This document shows, one piece after another, positions 53,301-64,000 of a stretch of DNA of 64,000 nt. The notes under the pieces were generated by a model. That model made no database searches, was not told the origin of the DNA, and worked only from the letters and a program-made list of their open reading frames with translations. The stretch is taken from NCBI GenBank assembly GCA_965225855.1, contig CBDDCK010000005.1:1024001-1088000 (forward strand). Reading direction: 5' to 3'. Every line of letters starts with the position of its first letter. Position 1 is the stretch's first letter. This DNA comes from Spirochaetia bacterium. Lineage in GTDB: Bacteria; Spirochaetota; Spirochaetia; SP-2023. The position numbers and the translations under genes are program-made.

Positions 53301-56300
53301 ACTACCAGATACCATCTACAACAGTAGAAATTAAATAGTGTCCTTAGACACAACATTTATTCTATAAATACAACCTAATCTACAACAGTAGAAATTAAAT
53401 AGTGTCCTTAGACAAATACAGCCGATAATATGAATATATAATCTACAACAGTAGAAATTAAATAGTGTCCTTAGACGAGATATCGTTGTTGCCACGAGAA
53501 CGATCTACAACAGTAGAAATTAAATAGTGTCCTTAGACAATTCGGTTACTGGAAACTTGGACACATCTACAACAGTAGAAATTAAATAGTGTCCTTAGAC
53601 CGTAAAACTGGAAACTTAGAAATTCAGGACATCTACAACAGTAGAAATTAAATAGTGTCCTTAGACAGAACAAGAATTAAACCTAGTGCGCAATCTACAA
53701 CAGTAGAAATTAAATAGTGTCCTTAGACCAATAGTGAACAATTCAAGCCACCTATTATCTACAACAGTAGAAATTAAATAGTGTCCTTAGACTTTACAAG
53801 TTTGCAAGCAGCACCACAAATCTACAACAGTAGAAATTAAATAGTGTCCTTAGACCCCACGATAGGGTAAAATAGCTACCAATCTACAACAGTAGAAATT
53901 AAATAGTGTCCTTAGACATTGATGTTGTAAGATAGAACTATTGCCATATCTACAACAGTAGAAATTAAATAGTGTCCTTAGACTTTAAAAGAAAACAATT
54001 GAATTGATCCTATCTACAACAGTAGAAATTAAATAGTGTCCTTAGACAATGTTTAGTTTGTCAATTTCGTTGTGATCTACAACAGTAGAAATTAAATAGT
54101 GTCCTTAGACCTTTTGATAAGGCCGAGGTGGCCCTATATCTACAACAGTAGAAATTAAATAGTGTCCTTAGACCATAAAATCGGGGGCTTAAAACCAATA
54201 ATCTACAACAGTAGAAATTAAATAGTGTCCTTAGACCTTCATATGCTGCGCAGTGCAAGGGTGATCTACAACAGTAGAAATTAAATAGTGTCCTTAGACC
54301 TTCATATGCTGCGCAGTGCAAGGGTGATCTACAACAGTAGAAATTAAATAGTGTCCTTAGACCTTCATATGCTGCGCAGTGCAAGGGTGATCTACAACAG
54401 TAGAAATTAAATAGTGTCCTTAGACCTGCTAATAGCAGCTGGGGCCGATCCATCTACAACAGTAGAAATTAAATAGTGTCCTTAGACCTGCTAATAGCAG
54501 CTGGGGCCGATCCATCTACAACAGTAGAAATTAAATAGTGTCCTTAGACCCCTTGCACTGGGCAGCCGATGAAGAATCTACAACAGTAGAAATTAAATAG
54601 TGTCCTTAGACCTTAGCCTCATATGGAGGCCATAAAATCTACAACAGTAGAAATTAAATAGTGTCCTTAGACATAAAATCGGGGACTTAAAACCAATAAT
54701 CTACAACAGTAGAAATTAAATAGTGTCCTTAGACACATCCTTGCTAAAGCTACTGACCATAAATCTACAACAGTAGAAATTAAATAGTGTCCTTAGACCA
54801 TGAATGGTATGTTTTATAATTGTTAATCTACAACAGTAGAAATTAAATAGTGTCCTTAGACTTTTGTTGCTGTTAATCCTGACTCCTATCTACAACAGTA
54901 GAAATTAAATAGTGTCCTTAGACCTTGGCCTTTACATCGGCCAATTACATCTACAACAGTAGAAATTAAATAGTGTCCTTAGACAAAATATACAGGTTTA
55001 TATCGTATCCATCTACAACAGTAGAAATTAAATAGTGTCCTTAGACCTTGGCCTTTACATCGGCCAATTACATCTACAACAGTAGAAATTAAATAGTGTC
55101 CTTAGACGACGCAATATCCTGCATCTAGCAGCGAATCTACAACAGTAGAAATTAAATAGTGTCCTTAGACAGGGCTAAAGGTGTGGCCGAAGCTAAATCT
55201 ACAACAGTAGAAATTAAATAGTGTCCTTAGACCAACGCCAATCCCTAGCAATCCACCCACATCTACAACAGTAGAAATTAAATAGTGTCCTTAGACTACA
55301 AAGGAATAGAATACGCTTCGTATCTACAACAGTAGAAATTAAATAGTGTCCTTAGACGCCATAACTAAAAGAAAAAAAGTACAAATCTACAACAGTAGAA
55401 ATTAAATAGTGTCCTTAGACCAAATCATTTTTAACTTTAACCTCCATATCTACAACAGTAGAAATTAAATAGTGTCCTTAGACGTACGGTCAATAAACAA
55501 ACCCCTAATTGATCTACAACAGTAGAAATTAAATAGTGTCCTTAGACCAGCAAACCAGCACCGAGCGTAATAAAAATCTACAACAGTAGAAATTAAATAG
55601 TGTCCTTAGACTCCACAACAGTTTTTTCTTCCACTTCGGATCTACAACAGTAGAAATTAAATAGTGTCCTTAGACTTATGAAAAATATAAAGGAAAGCTT
55701 GAAAATCTACAACAGTAGAAATTAAATAGTGTCCTTAGACCCTATAAGGGTATGCTACCGTGTAATAAATCTACAACAGTAGAAATTAAATAGTGTCCTT
55801 AGACCTTGCTAAGGCAGTCTGCAACCCCCGTATCTACAACAGTAGAAATTAAATAGTGTCCTTAGACCAAATATGGTAACATAAATAATATCTGATCTAC
55901 AACAGTAGAAATTAAATAGTGTCCTTAGACTTAGCAGAAGATCAAGAATTGCGTGAAATCTACAACAGTAGAAATTAAATAGTGTCCTTAGACTTCTGTT
56001 CAGCGTAGGGTTACTGATCTATCTACAACAGTAGAAATTAAATAGTGTCCTTAGACCTTGTTTATAACTCATTCCTATTTCGTTATCTACAACAGTAGAA
56101 ATTAAATAGTGTCCTTAGACCGTTGGTGGCTAAGTCTAGCCGTTTTAATCTACAACAGTAGAAATTAAATAGTGTCCTTAGACCACTGTTGCAAAGTGCC
56201 TCCCAATTTTATCTACAACAGTAGAAATTAAATAGTGTCCTTAGACAGTTTATCGTAAGGTTTTCTTATTTTATATCTACAACAGTAGAAATTAAATAGT

Positions 56301-59300
56301 GTCCTTAGACAGCAGCAGGATCGCGGATTATTTAAATCATCTACAACAGTAGAAATTAAATAGTGTCCTTAGACTTATCTATAGCCTTATCCAAAGATAC
56401 AATCTACAACAGTAGAAATTAAATAGTGTCCTTAGACAGGCAAACCATATCTTTTACCTATATCATCTACAACAGTAGAAATTAAATAGTGTCCTTAGAC
56501 AGCACCAATTAACGCTCCAATACCTGCATCTACAACAGTAGAAATTAAATAGTGTCCTTAGACAAAACAAAATGATGATTTTAACTTTGAATCTACAACA
56601 GTAGAAATTAAATAGTGTCCTTAGACTTTGCATCCTTCAAAATCAAGGTCTCATCTACAACAGTAGAAATTAAATAGTGTCCTTAGACGTTGGATCGCCT
56701 AAATATTGGGCTGCATCTACAACAGTAGAAATTAAATAGTGTCCTTAGACTTTGCATCCTTCAAAATCAAGGTCTCATCTACAACAGTAGAAATTAAATA
56801 GTGTCCTTAGACGTTGGATCGCCTAAATATTGGGCTGCATCTACAACAGTAGAAATTAAATAGTGTCCTTAGACGATGCAATAACAGAAGCCAAAGCATT
56901 ATCTACAACAGTAGAAATTAAATAGTGTCCTTAGACGTGGCAGATTTTATGAAGTTCTTACAATCTACAACAGTAGAAATTAAATAGTGTCCTTAGACCT
57001 ACTATGATACACCAACAACCGAAACAATCTACAACAGTAGAAATTAAATAGTGTCCTTAGACCCCAATTCACCAGCAAAACACAAACATCTACAACAGTA
57101 GAAATTAAATAGTGTCCTTAGACGCCCATGATCTTTTATTGATTAAGAATAATCTACAACAGTAGAAATTAAATAGTGTCCTTAGACTATAAGCATAAGC
57201 AGCAGACGCTGCCAATCTACAACAGTAGAAATTAAATAGTGTCCTTAGACTTCTGGGGAACCAGTAATCCAATTTGTATCTACAACAGTAGAAATTAAAT
57301 AGTGTCCTTAGACGCACCTTAGTAAAACCACGTTTGTTGTTATCTACAACAGTAGAAATTAAATAGTGTCCTTAGACTAAAAAAGACTGTACACCTTTGC
57401 ACTATCTACAACAGTAGAAATTAAATAGTGTCCTTAGACTTTATTCCTCCTTCTTGTTTCGCATCAATCTACAACAGTAGAAATTAAATAGTGTCCTTAG
57501 ACTTGCACGCAACAAAAACAGGGCAAAGCTATCTACAACAGTAGAAATTAAATAGTGTCCTTAGACATTTACAGCGATAAAGTAAAGTTACATGATCTAC
57601 AACAGTAGAAATTAAATAGTGTCCTTAGACAACAAAGTGAAACAAGCCATAAAAAAGTATCTACAACAGTAGAAATTAAATAGTGTCCTTAGACATGGAT
57701 GATATTATTCTTCTTTCTATATCTACAACAGTAGAAATTAAATAGTGTCCTTAGACATGGATGATATTATTCTTCTTTCTATATCTACAACAGTAGAAAT
57801 TAAATAGTGTCCTTAGACGTGCTTATATCAACGGCGCAGATTATATCTACAACAGTAGAAATTAAATAGTGTCCTTAGACTCGAAAGCGCACGAAAAAGC
57901 CAAGAAATCTACAACAGTAGAAATTAAATAGTGTCCTTAGACACGCTCTACAGGTTATCAATGCTTTTGAATCTACAACAGTAGAAATTAAATAGTGTCC
58001 TTAGACTACCTCACTATAAAACCACGGAATACATCTACAACAGTAGAAATTAAATAGTGTCCTTAGACATTTACAGCGATAAAGTAAAGTTACATGATCT
58101 ACAACAGTAGAAATTAAATAGTGTCCTTAGACACGCTCTACAGGTTATCAATGCTTTTGAATCTACAACAGTAGAAATTAAATAGTGTCCTTAGACCTGC
58201 AAAATCCCATAATTTAGATCATAATCTACAACAGTAGAAATTAAATAGTGTCCTTAGACAGTCGAGAAATCCGGTTTCAGACTGATCTACAACAGTAGAA
58301 ATTAAATAGTGTCCTTAGACTTAATCTAAATAACCAAAAGAAACCGAATCTACAACAGTAGAAATTAAATAGTGTCCTTAGACGTACCTATTAGTACAAA
58401 TACTTATATAATCTACAACAGTAGAAATTAAATAGTGTCCTTAGACTTTTGTTATTTTTTATTTAAGTTTTAAATCTACAACAGTAGAAATTAAATAGTG
58501 TCCTTAGACCTTTGCTATTTCTTCGCCTTGAGGTTGAATCTACAACAGTAGAAATTAAATAGTGTCCTTAGACTTTAACTGTAGAAGAAATAATAGAAGA
58601 AATCTACAACAGTAGAAATTAAATAGTGTCCTTAGACGAACAAATTAAAAAAGTTTTTAAGGAATCTACAACAGTAGAAATTAAATAGTGTCCTTAGACT
58701 TCCCACTTAGTAAAAAAACAAGTAAATCTACAACAGTAGAAATTAAATAGTGTCCTTAGACCGTCTGATCCTTTAATTGATGCATTTTATCTACAACAGT
58801 AGAAATTAAATAGTGTCCTTAGACTTTTCTTTATCAAGATTAAATAAATCGATCTACAACAGTAGAAATTAAATAGTGTCCTTAGACAAGCTAAGCACGC
58901 ACAGCTCAATAAACATCTACAACAGTAGAAATTAAATAGTGTCCTTAGACTTTACCATATAAACCTAGCGATGTCATAATCTACAACAGTAGAAATTAAA
59001 TAGTGTCCTTAGACAAACATTGTTCCAAGGCCAAAGCCAAATCTACAACAGTAGAAATTAAATAGTGTCCTTAGACAAACTTGGTATTGATTCCGGTCTT
59101 TTATCTACAACAGTAGAAATTAAATAGTGTCCTTAGACGATTTGCGGATTGGCGAAAAAGGCTTTATCTACAACAGTAGAAATTAAATAGTGTCCTTAGA
59201 CTTTGTGGGTCTGGTGTAGAAATTAATTATCTACAACAGTAGAAATTAAATAGTGTCCTTAGACGTCGAGGCAGCTGGGTACCTTATCGAATCTACAACA

Positions 59301-62300
59301 GTAGAAATTAAATAGTGTCCTTAGACCACTTAAATATAAAGTGGCCCGCAGAATCTACAACAGTAGAAATTAAATAGTGTCCTTAGACGCCAAAAACCTA
59401 CCTTACATAGCAAAAATCTACAACAGTAGAAATTAAATAGTGTCCTTAGACCGCAATAGCCGTATTTTTTTATGATGCATCTACAACAGTAGAAATTAAA
59501 TAGTGTCCTTAGACATGGGTTTGTTCGTTGTGGGGTTTTTCATCTACAACAGTAGAAATTAAATAGTGTCCTTAGACAAATCTCTTGGTGTTAGTCATTC
59601 CAAATCTACAACAGTAGAAATTAAATAGTGTCCTTAGACAAACAACAGATTTAACACCACAAGAAATCTACAACAGTAGAAATTAAATAGTGTCCTTAGA
59701 CAAAAGCAGCAGAAATCTCTGTAGAAAATCTACAACAGTAGAAATTAAATAGTGTCCTTAGACTTGTGCGCCTGTTTCGCTGGGATTTGATCTACAACAG
59801 TAGAAATTAAATAGTGTCCTTAGACCCAAAACAGCAGCGTGGAGCGTTGCTGATCTACAACAGTAGAAATTAAATAGTGTCCTTAGACCAAGTTAAGAAA
59901 TTATTGATGCAAGGAATCTACAACAGTAGAAATTAAATAGTGTCCTTAGACTTAATCAGTCTAGTTGAAAAATCTATATCTACAACAGTAGAAATTAAAT
60001 AGTGTCCTTAGACTTAATCAGTCTAGTTGAAAAATCTATATCTACAACAGTAGAAATTAAATAGTGTCCTTAGACCGCTAATTGCCCTGTAAGCTGGGCG
60101 TTGATCTACAACAGTAGAAATTAAATAGTGTCCTTAGACAGTTTATGTTAAATCTGCCGATAATTATCTACAACAGTAGAAATTAAATAGTGTCCTTAGA
60201 CCCGTTTATTAATTCTTTATCAGAAGATATCTACAACAGTAGAAATTAAATAGTGTCCTTAGACCCGTTTATTAATTCTTTATCAGAAGATATCTACAAC
60301 AGTAGAAATTAAATAGTGTCCTTAGACAGTTTATGTTAAATCTGCCGATAATTATCTACAACAGTAGAAATTAAATAGTGTCCTTAGACAAAACAGGGAA
60401 AAGCTGAAACCCCTAATCTACAACAGTAGAAATTAAATAGTGTCCTTAGACATTGACGCCTTTAGTTTCAAAATCCTATCTACAACAGTAGAAATTAAAT
60501 AGTGTCCTTAGACAAACTATGAAAGAAATCCACTTTTAATCTACAACAGTAGAAATTAAATAGTGTCCTTAGACAGTGGTTTAAAGTTTGCATTTGAACG
60601 ATCTACAACAGTAGAAATTAAATAGTGTCCTTAGACCGAAACAAGACTGAAACAAAAACTGAAAATCTACAACAGTAGAAATTAAATAGTGTCCTTAGAC
60701 CGCAGCAACCAATAGATTGGTCGCACAATCTACAACAGTAGAAATTAAATAGTGTCCTTAGACCACTTGGCAAAAACACCAAGAGCATTAATCTACAACA
60801 GTAGAAATTAAATAGTGTCCTTAGACCTTGATGGCAATAATGCTGAGCGACAGCATCTACAACAGTAGAAATTAAATAGTGTCCTTAGACCTTGATGGCA
60901 ATAATGCTGAGCGACAGCATCTACAACAGTAGAAATTAAATAGTGTCCTTAGACCAACCTTGTGGTCAAGATCGATCATGTATCTACAACAGTAGAAATT
61001 AAATAGTGTCCTTAGACGCGTAAAATTTCATCTGATCAGACTTAATCTACAACAGTAGAAATTAAATAGTGTCCTTAGACTTATTTTCGTTTAGCAAAAA
61101 AAAGGAATCTACAACAGTAGAAATTAAATAGTGTCCTTAGACCTTTGCCTGAAGCCCAAGAACATTTTATCTACAACAGTAGAAATTAAATAGTGTCCTT
61201 AGACTTCGTATTTTACGGCAATCATAGTAAGATCTACAACAGTAGAAATTAAATAGTGTCCTTAGACTTCTAAGATCATTAGGTTTGAGCACAAATCTAC
61301 AACAGTAGAAATTAAATAGTGTCCTTAGACAAAAAAAAGGGAAGCACCGCCTCCCAATCTACAACAGTAGAAATTAAATAGTGTCCTTAGACTGCTGGGT
61401 CTCGCTATACAGAGTTCCTATCTACAACAGTAGAAATTAAATAGTGTCCTTAGACTATAAAGGATATAAAGAATAGATATAAATCTACAACAGTAGAAAT
61501 TAAATAGTGTCCTTAGACTATAAAGGATATAAAGAATAGATATAAATCTACAACAGTAGAAATTAAATAGTGTCCTTAGACTATAAAGGATATAAAGAAT
61601 AGATATAAATCTACAACAGTAGAAATTAAATAGTGTCCTTAGACAGAGCTTTTGTCAATTGAATTATCAAATCTACAACAGTAGAAATTAAATAGTGTCC
61701 TTAGACATTTTCAAGCCCGATATGGCTTAGAATCTACAACAGTAGAAATTAAATAGTGTCCTTAGACATAGTTGGTACCACAAATAAAGCAATATCTACA
61801 ACAGTAGAAATTAAATAGTGTCCTTAGACCGAGACGCCCTTGCACAGGGCAGAGCGCAACGGCATCTACAACAGTAGAAATTAAATAGTGTCCTTAGACT
61901 TACAAAGGGAAAATACAAAAAACAGAAATCTACAACAGTAGAAATTAAATAGTGTCCTTAGACAGAGAAAGATGGGAGTCTGACAAACTAAATCTACAAC
62001 AGTAGAAATTAAATAGTGTCCTTAGACTCCAGCTGCTAGAGGCAGCTGGGGCTTAATCTACAACAGTAGAAATTAAATAGTGTCCTTAGACCACTGTGCT
62101 GCCCATAAAGGTTATACTATCTACAACAGTAGAAATTAAATAGTGTCCTTAGACTTCCTTGTTTACTCGTTATACAGATTATATCTACAACAGTAGAAAT
62201 TAAATAGTGTCCTTAGACCTACAATGCAAGCATTGTAATCGGTATGATCTACAACAGTAGAAATTAAATAGTGTCCTTAGACCTACAATGCAAGCATTGT

Positions 62301-64000
62301 AATCGGTATGATCTACAACAGTAGAAATTAAATAGTGTCCTTAGACTGCAAAACCACAAAAGCCATTGTTGACATCTACAACAGTAGAAATTAAATAGTG
62401 TCCTTAGACGCTCTACTGTTAAATTAAACGAAATAGATCTACAACAGTAGAAATTAAATAGTGTCCTTAGACAGATCAGAAGTCAAAGAAACAGGATCAA
62501 TCTACAACAGTAGAAATTAAATAGTGTCCTTAGACACGGTTTAGAACCAGTTACGGAAATATCTACAACAGTAGAAATTAAATAGTGTCCTTAGACAAAA
62601 ATCGAGCCGACATCACCGAACAAATCTACAACAGTAGAAATTAAATAGTGTCCTTAGACTCCAAGACTGATTGAACCCACTGAATATCTACAACAGTAGA
62701 AATTAAATAGTGTCCTTAGACAGGAGTCTATTATGGACAAACTATTCATCTACAACAGTAGAAATTAAATAGTGTCCTTAGACAAACCGCCATGGTCCAG
62801 CTGCTCTTGATCTACAACAGTAGAAATTAAATAGTGTCCTTAGACAGAAAGATCAACGGAAAAATTCTCAGATCTACAACAGTAGAAATTAAATAGTGTC
62901 CTTAGACCCAATAATGCTAGATGACAGGTTCTTGCTATCTACAACAGTAGAAATTAAATAGTGTCCTTAGACCCAATAATGCTAGATGACAGGTTCTTGC
63001 TATCTACAACAGTAGAAATTAAATAGTGTCCTTAGACTCAATATCTAAATAATGCCGCAAAAGCGATCTACAACAGTAGAAATTAAATAGTGTCCTTAGA
63101 CCAGTAAAATTGCCAAGACGACCGCCAGATCTACAACAGTAGAAATTAAATAGTGTCCTTAGACTTTTTTGGTATTCCAATACCTGAAACTATCTACAAC
63201 AGTAGAAATTAAATAGTGTCCTTAGACACGAATTGGCAGCGGCAAGCAGATCGTCATCTACAACAGTAGAAATTAAATAGTGTCCTTAGACTTTGGTTTT
63301 ACCCCGTGGCTGGTCTTATATCTACAACAGTAGAAATTAAATAGTGTCCTTAGACTTCTCTGTGATTCTAACTGTTATTTATCTACAACAGTAGAAATTA
63401 AATAGTGTCCTTAGACTTAAAGATATAGAAGTTTTAGATCGACTAATCTACAACAGTAGAAATTAAATAGTGTCCTTAGACCACAATCAAACGCTTAAAC
63501 AAAATAATCTACAACAGTAGAAATTAAATAGTGTCCTTAGACCTCAGTACCTCTCATAAGACCAGTAACAATCTACAACAGTAGAAATTAAATAGTGTCC
63601 TTAGACACGATTGCCTTTGGTATCGGCACATCTTATCTACAACAGTAGAAATTAAATAGTGTCCTTAGACCACAATCAAACGCTTAAACAAAATAATCTA
63701 CAACAGTAGAAATTAAATAGTGTCCTTAGACATTAGGGTAGTTGAGTAGGTAGAAAAGATCTACAACAGTAGAAATTAAATAGTGTCCTTAGACATTAGG
63801 GTAGTTGAGTAGGTAGAAAAGATCTACAACAGTAGAAATTAAATAGTGTCCTTAGACATCTTTCGCAAAATCCAAGTAATCCAATCTACAACAGTAGAAA
63901 TTAAATAGTGTCCTTAGACATTGGGCTGCCTATAAAGGGCATACGATCTACAACAGTAGAAATTAAATAGTGTCCTTAGACCAAGAAAATCTTTCTTCAG
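50340..64000 (-). CRISPR. Type V-A CRISPR array with 36-bp repeat GTCTAAGGACACTATTTAATTTCTACTGTTGTAGAT, roughly 210 or more repeats, continuing past the window end
   Basis: The plus strand shows ATCTACAACAGTAGAAATTAAATAGTGTCCTTAGAC from 50340 to 63981 with spacers of about 25-34 nt. The repeat 3' end AATTTCTACTGTTGTAGAT is the canonical Cas12a handle. Count is estimated as length divided by ~64 bp. Confidence 0.99.

Noticed and set aside
54061..57317. ORFs 54061..54453 and 57105..57317 with repeated GLRTLFNFYCCR
   Set aside because: These are translations of CRISPR repeats and spacers, not genes.
50340..64000. Self-targeting spacers within this window
   Set aside because: I saw no spacer matching bases 1-50 kb by eye, and the window has no ankyrin gene. 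An exhaustive alignment was not possible, so no claim is made.

Overview
Bacterial chromosomal window, probably from a host-associated spirochaete. This is inferred from spirochaete-style lipoprotein and 'FAxG' signal peptides, tandem lepB next to pcs, and a HU-like/DUF4469 gene. Bases 1-41 kb hold housekeeping genes (GT2, pabB, ilvE, recC, dCMP deaminase, dapL, dapF, murA, recB, nrnA, pcs, lepB x2, xth). They are interrupted at about 3.4-18.4 kb by an accessory region: two paralogous repeat lipoproteins, a Ni/metallophore ABC plus MATE cassette between two complementary IS1595 remnants, a palindromic 46-bp repeat element and pseudogenes. Bases 41.9-64 kb hold a dual-effector type V CRISPR locus: an oversized Cas12a (1568 aa) followed by a Cas12a2-related Cms1/Sm-clade (Cas12a3-like) nuclease (1202 aa). 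Both lie downstream of one very large array (roughly 210 or more repeats, running off the window). The most striking observation is that about 15 distinct spacers translate into ankyrin-repeat motifs (TPLHWAA, HWAAYKGH, LLIAAGADP), almost all oriented so that the crRNA is antisense to the ankyrin mRNA. All family assignments come from motif recognition by eye; no searches were run.
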